Shown: positions 23,901 through 37,085 of the stretch, piece after piece | Numbering within the stretch: the stretch's first letter is position 1 | How the letters are laid out: the number at the start of each line of letters is the position of its first letter | Origin: the human T2T-CHM13v2.0 reference genome, Homo sapiens | DNA: 64,000 bases | Direction: 5' to 3' (one strand) | NCBI RefSeq assembly: GCF_009914755.1 | Contig: NC_060926.1 | The notes under the pieces: generated by a model | Database searches by the model: none | What the model was told of the DNA's origin: nothing | Seen by the model: the letters and a program-made list of their open reading frames with translations, nothing else | Program-made: the position numbers and the translations under genes

Positions 23901-26900
23901 TTCTTTTTTTCTTAGGCTAATGAAAGGTTTGTCAACTTTATTTAGCTTTTCAGAAAACCATCTCTTAGGTTTTCTTTCTTTTTTTCTTTTTCTTTTTTTT
24001 AGTCTTTTCTATTGTTTTTTCGTCTCTATTCCATTTATTTCTGCTCTGATCCTTGTTATTTTCTTTCTTCTGCTAACTTAGGGCTTAGTTTCTTCTTTTT
24101 CTACTTCCTTGAAGTATAATATTAGGTTATTTACTTGGGATCTCTTCTTTTTTTGAAATAGGCATTTATTGCTATAATGTTTCCTCTGAAAACAGTTTTT
24201 GCTGCATTCCTTAAGTTTTTTTCATCTTCATTGTCTCAAGATGTTTTAAAATTTCTCCTTTAATCTTTCTTTGACTAAATTATTCCAGAGAATATAGTTT
24301 AATTTCCACATATTGTTAATTTTTCATAATTTCTCCTATTATTGATTTCTAATTTTGTACCATTTTGGTTAGAAAGGATACTTGAAATAATTTTAATCTT
24401 TTTAAAAATGTGCTAAGACTGTGGCCTAACATGTAATCCATTCTAGAGAGTGTTTCATGTGCACTTGAGAAGAATCTGTATATTGTTACTGCCAGGTGGA
24501 ATGCTCTATATGTCTGTTAGATCCATTTGGTCTAAAGTATAGTTCAAATTCAATGTTTCCTTATTGGTTTTCTTCCTGGATGATCAATCCAATATTGAAT
24601 GTGAGGTAATTTGTGTTGTAGTCTATGTCTGTATTCAGATCTCATAACATTTCCTTTATAATGTTTCCTATATTTAGGTGCTCCAATGTTGTGTGCACAT
24701 ATATTTACATTGGTAGGCCCTTTGTTTAATTAACCCTTTTATCATTACATGATGACCTTCTTTGTCTGTTTTTAAATTTTTGATTTAAAGCCTATTTTTG
24801 CTAAAATAAATATAGCTACCCCTGCTCTTTTTGTTTCCACTTGCATGAAATATTTATTTTCTTTGTCTTCACTTTTAGTTTATGAGTTTTCTTTAAGGTA
24901 ATGTGAGTCACTTGTATGCAGCATATAGGAGGATCTTATTTTTTAAAAAAATTCATTTAGCCACTCTCTGCCTTTTGATGGGAGAATTTAATCCACTTAC
25001 ACTTAAAGTTATTATTAGGTTAAAAACTTACTAGTGCCATTTTGTTAATTGTTTTCCCATTGTTTTGTAGACACTTTGTTCTTTTCTTCTTCTCTTGTTT
25101 TCTTCCTCTGTGCTTTAATGGCTTTCCATAGTGGTATCTTCAGGTCTTTTCTTATATATTACAGACTTTTGCTTTTTGGTTATTCTGAAGCTTATATAAA
25201 ACATCTTATTCCTATTACAACCTAATTTAAATTGATAACAAGTTAATTTTGATCACATACACGAATACTACAGTTTTTCTCCTCCTACGTTTTATATTTT
25301 AATATCACACTTTACTTCTTTTTATAATTTTTATACCTTAAGAAATATTATATCTTTAGTTGTTTTTAATTGTTTTGCCTTTTAGCTTTTATACTAGAGA
25401 TATAACTGATTTACCCACTGCCATTACAATATTAGTGTTTGGTATTTGGTAATGTACTCACTTTTACCAGTAAGTTTTGTACTTTCATATGTTTGCATGT
25501 TTCTAATTAGTGTTCTCTTTATTCAGCTCAAAGAACTCCATTTAGCACTTCTTATAAGGCAGGTATAGTGATTATAAACTCTTTTAACTTTTCTTTGAGA
25601 TTGCCTTTAATACCAGCTTCACTTTGAAAGACAAGATTGCTGGGTTTTGTATTCTTGTTTGGCAGATTTTTCTTATTTCAGTTATTGGAATATATTATTC
25701 CACTTTCTTCTGGCCTGCAAGATTACTGCTGAGAAATTCACTGATGTCTTAGGTGAGTTCTCATATACTTTATAATTCACTTTTCTCTTGCTGCTTTCAA
25801 CACTCTAACATTTGCCAATTTATTATAATGTGCTTTCATATGGGTCTCTTTGGATTCATTTTATTTGGTATCTTTTGAGCTTTCTGGCTCTGACTTTCTA
25901 TTATCTTTCACAGGCTTGGAAAGTACTGTGTCATTATTTCTTTAAGTGTGTTTTCTGTTTCTTTTTTCTCTTTCTTTCCTGGTACAACAATAATGTATAA
26001 GTTGTTCTGTTTGATGGTGTCGCATAAGCCTCTTAAGCTATCTTTTACTCTTCTTTATTCTTTTTGTCTCTCTGATTTGATGATTTTCAAAGACCTATCT
26101 TTAAGTTCACTGACCCTTTCTTCTGCTTCATCTAATCTATGTGGAACCCCTCTATTGAACTTTTCAGTGCACTTACAGTATTCTTCAGATCTATGATTTC
26201 TATTTGCTACTTTTTATACTTTCTATTATTTTGTTGAGTTCTCAGTTTGTTCTTGCATTACTGTCTTAACCTTGGTGAACATCTTTATCACCATTATTAT
26301 ATTGAACTCCATGTCAGGCAAATCATACATCTTTACTTCAGGCAGATCAGTTTCTGAAATTTTATTTATGTATTTTTATTTGAAATACATTCCCTTGTTT
26401 GTTCATTTTATTTGACTCTCTTTGTTTCTGCACATTAGATAACTACCTCTCCTGGTATTGTGAGTCCAGCTTCATGTAAAGAAGCATCTCAATAATCCAT
26501 CTGGCTAGAAATATTAAGATGTCTTTCAAATTTTTATGTTTTTTCAGACTACTGTCTCTTTATGGTAGTCCCTGGAGCTTAGGATTTGCTATGTTCTGTC
26601 TGTACCCCAAGACCAATAGTGTAGAAGTCAGACTGTTTATATGTATTTTGAAAGATTGGGATGTTGTATATGTATTAGTGTTTTCTACTTTCACAGTGAT
26701 GCTGAGGAAGGGTGTTTATCTCTCACTTTATCTGCTTTAAATTAGGGAGAGAATCTGGCAAATGGTATACTCATGTTTAAGCTGTACCCTCTGATCCTGG
26801 GGAGATAGCTGCTAAAATTTAGCCTGCTGTATGTCCACCTCTTTGTTTTCTGTAGTCTTGGGTTGCTCAAAAATGCAAAGCCCCATCAATTCCTAGACCT

Positions 26901-28090
26901 AGGTTGTTAAAGAGACAGTCCCTTGGGTGGGAGCTATAGAAGATGTGGCACTTGGTACATGGCTAAACTTCTTCCAGGAAGAATGAGTATGGCTGGATTT
27001 ATCACTGGAGTAAGACAGAGGGAAGGTTCATGAAGGGTCAAGCTCTGGCCCCAGCTGTTGAAGGACTATTGTTTGCCCTGTTAGCTTTCCAATAAAAGTT
27101 TGTTAGAAGCCAGGCCATCACAGCCACTGGCAGTGTGTGTCATAAGCCCCTTTGAGGAAAAATGGAAGTATCGTATTCCTCACCTTTTATGTGCTGCTTT
27201 GAGGGGGTGTATCCCATGGAAGTGTTTATACACTTGTGTAATACCAACTCTTTGTTCTGTGATCTAAGGAGGCTTACATATGCCTAGTCCCTTCTGCTCC
27301 CAGAGCTAAGGATCAAGTTCTTCAGTAGGTATCAGTAAAAGTAGTAGCACTTGATGCATGGCATAAACCTCTTCTGTGGGGAAACAGAGAGGTGTGGTTT
27401 TAATGCCTCTTCTCTGCATGGCTTCAGGGGAATTAAGGCACTGGAAGTGCTTACACACCCATATAAAACTTCCTTTTTTGTGGTTTATATAGACATGCAA
27501 TACTTAGTCTCCTCTATTCCTAAAGCTAGGAGGTTTAGTATGTCGTTCTTCAGGTAGAAGCTGTAAACGTTAGGGTACTTGATGTTATGTAAACACTTCT
27601 TTCAATAGGGATTTATGGAGCTGGACTTATTGCTGGGATGAGTCAGTGGAGATGTCTCAGGAAGTGCCAATCTGCTTCTCAGGCTACCAGATGGCTTACA
27701 CTTGTCTATTCTTTTAACCTGCCAAGTTAGAAGCTCCCCAAGTTTGAAGCCAGACTACCAAGTAGCTGCCAGAGCAGTGTGTCATAAACTCCTTTCTGTA
27801 AGAAACAGGGGCTGTGTTTTCTAAGCTCCTTCTATGCACTACTCCTTGGGGCTTGGGGATGAAGCCCTTGAAAGTGCTTGTTCACTCTTATAAAACCTCT
27901 GCTTTTTTCCTGTGGTCTCTAGAGGCATTTATATGTGAGTTTCTTCCAGTCTCAGAGCTAGGAGGCTTAGGATGCAGTCCCTTGGGTGGAAACAGTAAAA
28001 GTTGGGGCAAGCAATATGGACAAACTCCTTTCAGGAGGAATTATGAAACCTAGAATTATCACTGTGTTGAGCTTGGGAAAAAAGCTTGAT
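20912..28090 (-). mobile_element. Near-full-length decayed L1MA-type LINE-1 (about 7.2 kb)
   Basis: T-rich tail and L1MA 3' UTR from 20912; ORF2 C-terminal remnant (ORF 21459-21716, MWRKGNASTLLV); continuous ORF2- then ORF1-like sequence to about 26450; repetitive 5' UTR to about 28090. No intact ORF. Confidence 0.85.
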
Positions 28091-29060
28091 ATAGCTATGG
28101 CAAGTAAAAGTGAAAAGGGAAAAAATGAGTTTGCTGTCTATTATTGAGCAATTTTTTTGGCTAAAAGAATATTGAACCGTATTTTATGAAAATGAAGTTT
28201 AAGTCACAGTTGTAAAATTTACTCTCTATGTTTCAGCAAATTCTTTACTTCTTCACACTTCTTTTCCAATTAAATAAGAAGGCTGGCCTATTGGGAATTT
28301 TCATTATTAGTCTTTTATATTTTTAAAAACATGTTGTATCCCAAATGTAGAATTACCTGCTCGAATTAAATTTTATTCAGATGACTTATATGTGAACAAA
28401 ACTGCAAGTATTTGTGTGAAGTGGGTGTGGTGGGCTTGAAACTTGTCCAATAGGAATTTATTTTTGCCTCTTGAATGGCCTTGAAGTGACTAGAAAAACA
28501 CAGCTGAGAATATAACATAAAGTTAGTACCTAAATTGTGCAAAGTCTTACTCCAGTATTTTGTAAACGACGACAGAACATTTAAGTATTTGTTTTCTATC
28601 ATGAGATACAAAAGATGATGGTCTTATGTGCAGTGTGGTTCAATGGGCATAACAAGGTTTACTTTAGTTTTATAATCTCCATCCCAATTTAATATTAGAA
28701 TGCAAGAAGTAAAATTTTCTTAGTATGATAACTTCGATCCACTTGAATTTGGAAAATGTTATTTCATTCATGACCTTATGTACTTAATAATTATTAGTAA
28801 TGTATCACTTGAGACATGCCTCAAAATAATTGCAACACACTTGCATTGAGATGCCATTGCTTTAGATGATGCTAATAGCTTGATGTTTTGGGTGAAAGAG
28901 TAAGCAGATATAAGTGACACTTTCTGCAAATAATAAAATTCTTGAACAAGTCCTGCAAATGCAAAAGAGAGTGTCATCTGAAGTGTGAAGTAGGTTAAGT
29001 GCATCAAACAAATACTTTAAGACATCTCTAGAAACAATGACCACATAAATACAAACAATG

Positions 29061-29433
29061 GTGTTAGTCAAGATTTTGCTGTGGTAACAAACAATCCCAA
29101 AATATTAGTGGTTTAAGGCAACAAAGATTAATTTCTTGCTTACACAAATTATACTGTAATTTCCAGCATGAATTTCCAGTTTCACCTAATTTTCCAGGTC
29201 TTTATGTGAAGAATTAGCATTGCACCTCCATAATAAAAATTTTCTTTGTGCATTAAGACAGGGAAAGAGAGTACTTATAACTGCTAATGACACATTTCAT
29301 TTCTTAAATTTAACGTATCAAATCAAGTCATTCAAATAAGATAAACATCAACAAGCTGAGACATTGCAATATCTCTTTGTTCCTTGAAGAAGGACAATTG
29401 TAAATATTGGTGAGAAACACTTTCACCTACTAC
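29061..29433 (-). mobile_element. Ancient MLT1-family (MaLR) solo LTR
   Basis: TTAGTCAAGATTTTGCTGTGGTAACAAACAATCCCAAAATATTAGTGGTTTAAGGCAACAAAG matches the MLT1 reverse terminus; ends CTACTACA. Confidence 0.55.
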
Positions 29434-31441
29434 AGTTATAAACCTGTAAAAGTTTGAACAGTCCAAATCTCCCATGGGCTGCAGCCTAATTTGTCTGGAA
29501 AAAATTCATATTTGACTCATCTAATCCAGGGTATGTTATTATTATTATTTTCTTAATCACCTTCCATTTGGATTTGAAGTACTTTAGGAGACCTTTGGAT
29601 GTACCATAACTGCTAACGTCTAGCTATTAATGGCTCTTTGTCTTCTCACCAGCCTTAACTATTGTAAGAAAACTAACATTTTGTGGAATTATGAGAATAG
29701 CCATCAACTACCATACAGTTGTCTTTTTTTGTCTGTAAAAGAAGAGAAACAGGAAAAAGAAGAACCCCTTGTCTGTCTATTTACATAGCTGGGGCATCTA
29801 TTGTCTCTCCATATTGTGCTCTATTCTTCTATTAACATGGTTTCCCTTTCCTTCATCCACCCATCTCTAACATCATATATTGTGACATATGATGTTGGGT
29901 AGCAGATACTTATTTAAGATTTAGGTGTCATGAAGGGTGGGGGAACTCTGGAACAGGACATAATAAAGAAAACCTTCATTTTAATACTAAATCTCTCTCT
30001 TTTCTAACATATTTTCTCCCCTGGCTCAGTCTGTCTCCATATTATTTGGTTCCCTCTATCTTCTTTCCCCCAGGTGCTAGTCAATTAATTTCATATTCTT
30101 GTTAACCTATTAAGTAGAACTATTGTCTCTTGAAACTCTTTGAGGTACAATACTAAATAAGAAAATAATGTATTCTAGTTCAGAATACTTACCCATATAA
30201 AGAACCAGTTAGCCAAGACATATAAATAAGAGTTGTATTTTTATTTAACACATTTTGGATTATGGACAGAGCAACCTCCAGGAATCATGGATGTCCAATG
30301 GGGTTTCTCTTGTTACATTTGTGATATATGCTGTATAAAATGTATTTTACAAGATCTCACAATTGTCTTAGGATTTTCATCTAATACTGGCCACAAACCC
30401 TTGTTCCTTTTTTACTGGGTACATTTCAAAGGCCTAGAAGTTGCATGTGAATCAAGAAAACTCCATGGGGTTCAGACAAACTTTGACCTCCAAGTGGCAA
30501 GGAACAGAATTGAAAATTTCACGAAAACACCTTTATTCTCAGGGTCAGCTCAGCAGGGACCAAGCAGTACAGAACAGGTGAGAATGAAAGCTAATCAAGA
30601 AAGGAAACTCTTTCAAACAACAACATCAGTCACCAAAGCCATGATTCACAATCAGGATACTAGTTGAGTCGGTTCTTATTTTAACCAAAGAGTCCCTTCT
30701 GGTTCTCCTTGATGCTCATATCCACTTCAGAGGAATGTTACACTATAGGCTGCTGTCTTACGTCTCATAAATAAATCAGTAAGATAAAAATAGCTGTTTC
30801 TCTCAAAGTTAAACCAAAATGAAAGTCAAGGTTTCAGCAATCTTTCTCTACTCTTTCCTTTTCTGTTTTCTTATAATAATATCTAGTTGACTCTGAAAGC
30901 ACAGATTATTCAAGTATAAGTGCAGACTGATTTTGGGAGAAAAACATAGTGTTCACTATTGTGTAAAATTTGTGATTAGCCAGTGTTTTATTAGAAATGT
31001 AATTCCTTTTATCCCTTTATTAAAAAACCCACTTATCTATAAAAATATCTTAGGATATACTCGTATTATACCTCTCTTGCTAGAAGACAAACAGTACTTC
31101 TGTTACAAGAAGTCCTAAGTTACCTGGGGCTATGAGAATAAACTGAAGATGGTTTCTCTACCTGTATCTATGCATATAATAATCCCTAAAGTTTAAGGGA
31201 GTGTTTTGTAATGGAAAGTTGTACATAGATGTTCTTAGTACAAAGGATTCTGGAAAGTTCCATCTTTCACCTCTGCACATAATTTTTACATGTTTTTCTT
31301 AATTGTAGGAATTCAGCTTGCACTTACAGGCAGCTTATTGTTCCAATGGTTGCCAATGCTTCCTTGATGCTTCTTTCTTTGTTCTTCAGAAAGACACGGA
31401 AGAGCTTTAGATATCATGTACGGTGTTTGCTTTTTTAAGAC

Positions 31442-31803
31442 TGTATTAGTCTCTTTTCATGCTGCTAATAAAGACATACCCAAGACTGGGTAATTATAAA
31501 GGAAAGAGATTTAATTGACTCACAGTTCCACATAGCTGGGGAGGCCCTACAATCATGGTGGAAGACAAGGAGGAGCAAGTTACATCTTACATGGTAGCAG
31601 GTGAAAGAGAGCTTGTCCAGGGAAATTCCCATTTATAAAACCATCAGATCTCATGAGACTTATTCACTACAGTGAGAACAGTATGAGGGAAACAGCCCCC
31701 ATGATTCACTTATCTCCTGCTGGGTCCCTCCCACAATAGATGGGAATGATGGGAACTACAATTCAAGATGAGACTTGGGTGGGGACACAGTCAAACCATA
31801 TCA
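31442..31803 (-). mobile_element. THE1B/C LTR (3' LTR of the element)
   Basis: TGTATTAGTC...CATGCTGCTAATAAAGACATACCC...GGGGACACAGTCAAACCATATCA; the adjacent minus-strand polypurine tract reads GGGAGGGGCCAGGGTGGAA. Confidence 0.9.
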
Positions 31804-33315
31804 TTCCACCCTGGCCCCTCCCAAATCTAATGTCCTCACATTTCAAAACCAATCATGCCTTCCCAACAGACCCCCAAAGTCTTAACTCATTTCAGCATTG
31901 ACTCAAAAGTCCACAGTCCAAAGTTTCATCTGAGACAAGCAATTTCCTTGTGCCTATGAGCCTGTAAAATCAAAAGAAAGTTAGTTACTTCCTAGATGCA
32001 ATGGGAGTACAGTCATTGGTTAAAGACACCTATTCCAAAGAATAAATTGGCCAAAATGAAGGGGCAACAGGCCCCATGTAAGTCTGAAATCCAGCAGGGG
32101 AGTCAAATCTTAAAGTCCAAAATGATCTCCTTTGACTCCATGTCTTACATCCTGGTCATGCTGATGCAAGAGGTGGCTTGCCATGGTCTTGGGAAGCTCT
32201 ACCCCTGTGGCTTTGCAGAATACAGCCCCCTCTCCTGGCTGCTTTCATGGGCTGGCATTGAATGCCTGTGGCTTTTCCAGGTGCACAGCACAAGCTGTCA
32301 GTGGTTCTACCATTCTGGGGTTCTGCAGATGGCTCTCTTCTCACAGCTCCATTAGGCAGTGCCCCAGTGGGGACTCTGTGTCCCACCCCACATTTCCCTC
32401 CCACATTGCCCTAGTAGACGTTCTTCATGAGGGCTCTGCCTCTGCAGCACACCTCTGCCTGAACATCCAGGCATTTCCATGCATCCTCTGAAATTTAGGT
32501 GGAGGTTTCCAAACCTAAATTCTTGACTTCTGTGTACCCACAGGCCCAGCACCACATGTAAGCTGTCAAGGGCTTGCACCCTTTTAAGCAATGGCCTGAG
32601 CCATACATTGGCCCTTTTAGCCATGGCTGGAGCAGCTGGGATGCAGGACACAAAGTCCCGAGGCTACACGCAGCACTGAAGGCCTGGACCCAGCCCAGGA
32701 AACCATTTTTCCCTCTTAGGCCTCTGAGTCTGTGATGGGAGGGGCTGTCACAAAGGTCTCTGATATGTGCTGGAGACATTTTCCCCATTGTCTTGGCAAT
32801 TAGCATTTGGCTCCTTGTTACTTATCCAAACTTCTGTAGCAGGTTTGAATTTCTCGCCAGAAAACGGATTTTGCCTTTCTGCTGAATCATCAGCCTGCAA
32901 ATTTTTCAAACTTTTTTGCTCTGCTTTCTTTTGAACACTTTGCTGCTTAGAAATTTTTTTTAAGTAGATGCCCTATATCATCTCTCTCAAGTTCAAGGTT
33001 CCACAGATCTCTAGGGCAGGAGCAAAATGCCTCCAGTCTCTTTACATAGCAAGTGTGACCTTTACTCCAGTTCCCAACAATTTCCTCATTTCCATCTGAG
33101 ACCACCACAGCCTGGATTTTATTGTCCTTATTCCTGTCAGCATTTTGGTCAAAGCCATTCAACAAGTCTCTTAGAAGTTCCAAACTTTCCCACATTTTCC
33201 TATCTTCTTCTGAGCCCTCAAAACTCTTCCAACCAGTACCTATTACCCAGTTCCAAAGTCACTTCCACATTTTCGGGTATCTTTACTGCAGTGCCCCACT
33301 CTTGGTAACAATATC
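31804..33315 (-). mobile_element. THE1 internal region
   Basis: About 1.5 kb of MaLR internal sequence; ORF 32947-33195 (MWESLELLRDLLNGFDQNAD) is the typical THE1 ORF remnant; PBS-like region at 33297-33315. Confidence 0.9.
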
Positions 33316-33859
33316 TATATTAGGGTTCTCTAGAGGGATAGGACTAATAGAACTGATGTATATATGAAAGGGAGTTTATTAAGGAGTATTACTCATACGA
33401 TCACAAAGTGAAGTCCCACAATAGGCTATATGCAAGCTGAGGAGAAGGAAGACAGTCTGAGTCCCAAAACCTCAAATGTAGAAAGCCAACAGTGTAGTTT
33501 TCAGTCTGTGACCAAAGGCCTGAAAACCCATGGCAAACCACTGGTGTAAACCCCAAGAATCAAAACGCTAAAGATCTTGAAGTTTGATGTTCTAGGGCAG
33601 AAAGCATCCAGCACAGGAGAAAGATGGGGGCCAGAAGACTTAGCCAGTCTAGTCCTTCCGTGTTCCACTGACTGCTGTTATCCTAGCTGTGCTGGCAGCT
33701 GATTAAATGGTGCCCACCCAGATTGACAGTGGCTCTACCTCTTGCAGTCTATTGACTCAAATGTTAATCTCCTTTGGTAATACCCTCACAGGCACATCCT
33801 GGAACAATGCTTTGCATCCTTCAGTTTAATCAAGTTGACACTCAGTATTAACCATCATA
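33316..33859 (-). mobile_element. MLT2A (ERV-L/HERV-L) LTR in the 5' LTR position of the THE1 element
   Basis: TATATTAGGGTTCTCTAGAGGGATAGGACTAATAG...GGGAGTTTATTAAGGAGTATT...CAAGTTGACACTCAGTATTAACCATCATA follows the MLT2A1/A2 consensus and is unrelated to 31442-31803 except at the terminus. Confidence 0.88.
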
Positions 33860-34104
33860 GAGACTTAGAGTTTTGATATATGGAACATTTATTTAATATG
33901 GAGAGATTAATGGGATTATTCTGGATTCAACTAAGATGTGCTATTCCATGTTCATTAAACATCATAATAACATTCCAGAAACTAAAATCTGAATGTTTTT
34001 TATCGTTATATTTACTTACTTAGTAATTTTAAACTTTGGTTAGAGTATATATTTCTGTTTTAGAGCTATAAATGCCACTGGAGAATTTGCTTTAAAATGC
34101 CATT

Positions 34105-36900
34105 ATAACTTTCAGCTTTGTATTAGGATATAGAAAACTGGAAAGATTATCATTTAGACCCTTACAACAACAAAAATCTGGGTTCTCTATAAGATTGCAA
34201 CTTTCTTGAACACATCAGAGAGCAGAATTCACAGGGAAACCAACTAACCCAACGTATAAGCAAGACACTCTTTCAAAGAGGAAAAAGGATATGAACACTA
34301 GCTTTCCTAAAGAAGATCAAAGCTATCAAATAAACTTTTAAGAATGTTTAGTAAATATAATTAATTTTTGAACACTGATTATGTGCTATTATGAAAGTAT
34401 AGAAACCCTGGATACTGCAGACACAAGATAAATCACTCCAACTCATAGGCTCTTCTCCACACACATCATTAGGTACTTATAAGAAATACCGGGGGCAAGA
34501 CAAGAGATCAGAAGGAACATTTCTTATGGTGAATGCCTGAAAAAGGGGAATAGCAACTGCTTTGGGGATGGCATGAAACCTTGTTGGGTACTTCTTCTCT
34601 GCTTCCCCATGGGAGAAAAGTCTTAAGCAGTTTGAGTAAGTGCAGTAAGCCCTGTCCCACAGAGAATACAAATAAATACCTATCAAAACTGAGGAATAAA
34701 AACAGAAAAACTTCTTGGAGAAGGGATAGAAAAATGTCCTAGGACCAGATCAATAAAGATTTTCTACCACTAGGGGCTAAGGCACGATCACTGAGAAAGA
34801 TCAACCATTGAGAATGAGAAACACATCAGCTGCCTAAGACTAAGGCTGAACCAGAACAACAGAGAAGGTCTCCTCCTTCTGCCCTCAGAGCTATCAACTA
34901 TGAAAGAACAAGTAAGAGCAATCCAGTATATTTACTGGAAAAGAGCAAGAACATGAAGAGATACTCTCTTTGTGATGTAGGCACAAAGGGAAGCCTTAAA
35001 TTAAGAATTGATTGGATGTTAAAAAATTTCTCTAGCACCAACCTTAAATAGAAGGTAATGCTATAAGTACTTGAAGAGTGGTAATGTACTGAGTAAAATG
35101 ATAATAACAAAAAAAATTCAACTCAGCTCAACCCTTAACTAGATTTACTCAATCCTCCACACAAAAGCTAGAAAATAAAGGGGGAAGCCCATTTTGAAGA
35201 ATGAATAAGCTATAGCTCAGTCTGTATTGCCTAACAAAAGGTATATTTTTAACTAAAGATTATGAAACATGCAAGTGAATAGAACAAATAAAAATACAGT
35301 TAAGAGACAAAGTTGTTGGTAGAATTAGACCATGGCACTGATATTTGAATAATCATATAGGAAATATAAATAATATATTAAAAATTCTAGTGGAAAACTG
35401 TATAATATGAATGAACAGATGGTAGATTTCAGCAGAGATATAGAAAATATAATAAAATTAAATAAAAATGGTAGAAATGAAAACAGAGTAGCAGAGATAA
35501 ATAATACCTTCAATAAGCTCATCAATAGATTTGACAGCTGGGAAAATAATTAGTGAGTCTCATTCTAGGTCAATGGTTATCATCAAAATTACATCACCAA
35601 GAAAAAAATATTTTAAAAATTAAGAATCCAAGATATAGGAAGCGGTTTTTTGTGTGTGTGTTCTAATATCGGTAACTGGAATTTCAGAAGGAAAAGAGAG
35701 ACAAAGTGAAAGATCTTGGGAAAGATAAGGGCAGATACTTTTCTAAAAGTAGTGAAAGACACCAAACAGTATATCCAACATCTCAAAATTTCATACAAGA
35801 TTAAACAAGATAGCCACTCCCTACCCGAAACACAAACACACACACACACAATATATCCTAGTAAACTCTTGAAAACTAAAGACAAAATAAAATCCTGAAA
35901 GTAGTCTGATTAAAAGTCATATTACATATAAAGAAACAAATACAAGAATTATTCCAGTTTCTGCTGGGGCAGTGGCTCACACCTGTAATCCCAGCACTTT
36001 GGGAAGCTGCGGTGGGCAGATAACTTGAGGCAGGAGTTTGAGAGCAGCCTGGGCAACGTGACAAAACCCCGTCTCTACTAAAAATACAAAAATTAGCCAG
36101 GCATGGTGGTGCACACCTGTAATCCCAGCTACTTGGGAAGCTGAGGCACAAGAATTGCTTGAACCTGGGAGCTGAGATCATGCCACTGCACTCTCGTCTG
36201 GGTGACAGAGCAGCAAGACTCTGTCTAACAACACAAAAAAAGAATGATACCAGGATTTTTGTTAGAAATTATTTTGCAAGTCAGAATACAATACAGTAAT
36301 GTCTTTAAAGTGCAAAAATGGGAATAAACTGCTCAACAATATTCTCTATGTAGCAAAAATACCCTTCACATATAACGGAGATATAATAACCTTCAGAGAA
36401 ACAATAGAGAAAATTTGTTGCCATTTTTTCTGTTCTCTACTGAAATGTTAAAAGTAAGTTCTCCAGGTGGAGTGAAAATGACATCAAAGAAAAACTTTCA
36501 TCTACACAAAGAAATAAAGCAGTGTTCTAAGTGTTATAATTGAAGGTAAATACAACATTATTTACTAAACGTTTTAATTGCTCTAAAAGATGGTTGTCTA
36601 AAGTAAAAGAGGTATCAATGGATATTATATTCATAACCTACATAAAAGATAAAATATATTACAATAATTGTGTCAAGAAAGATAACAAAAATGGGCATCA
36701 ACTGTTTAGTAAGGTGCTTATTATACACACAAAATTTTATAATATTATTTGAAGGTGAACCATGATTATCTGAAGATTTATATTGTAAACCCTGTGGTAA
36801 TCTACAAAGACATTTAAAAAATAGATATAAATAATAAACCAATATTGGAAATAAAATAGAATTATAAAAACAATCCACAACTTCTATTTTCAGAACATAT
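34105..36900 (+). mobile_element. Old L1M (L1MD/ME-like) 5' UTR and ORF1 region
   Basis: A-rich strand with ORF1-like coiled-coil and C-terminal remnants at about 35300-36520; interrupted by an Alu. Confidence 0.6.
35963..36240 (+). mobile_element. Alu (AluS/J boundary type) with a short right-arm deletion
   Basis: Dimeric Alu; GGCGGAGGTTGCAGTGA is missing after GAACCTGGGA; degenerate TSD AAGAATTATTCCAG/AAGAATGATACCAG. Confidence 0.92.
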
Positions 36901-36909
36901 AGAAAATAC

Positions 36910-37085
36910 ATCTATATATGTGTGTGTATATATTTGGTTCTTGTTTAACAGTAGAAATAATATATATAATTATATATCTATTGTTAATTATATATTTATT
37001 ATATATATTATATATTTGTTTATATAATTTATATATTTATTAATTATATAACTATATATTTATATTATATTATTTCTATTGTTAA
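36910..37085. repeat. AT-rich (TA)n-derived low-complexity tract
   Basis: Degenerate TATATT/TATAAT runs. Confidence 0.8.

Noticed and set aside
30233-30667. 144-aa ORF in apparently unique DNA
   Set aside because: Non-ATG start, no recognisable domain and no convincing exon structure; compatible with chance in 64 kb.
35876-36181. Protein-like ORFs here and at 47408-47812 and 55395-55721
   Set aside because: They are translations of Alu sequence.
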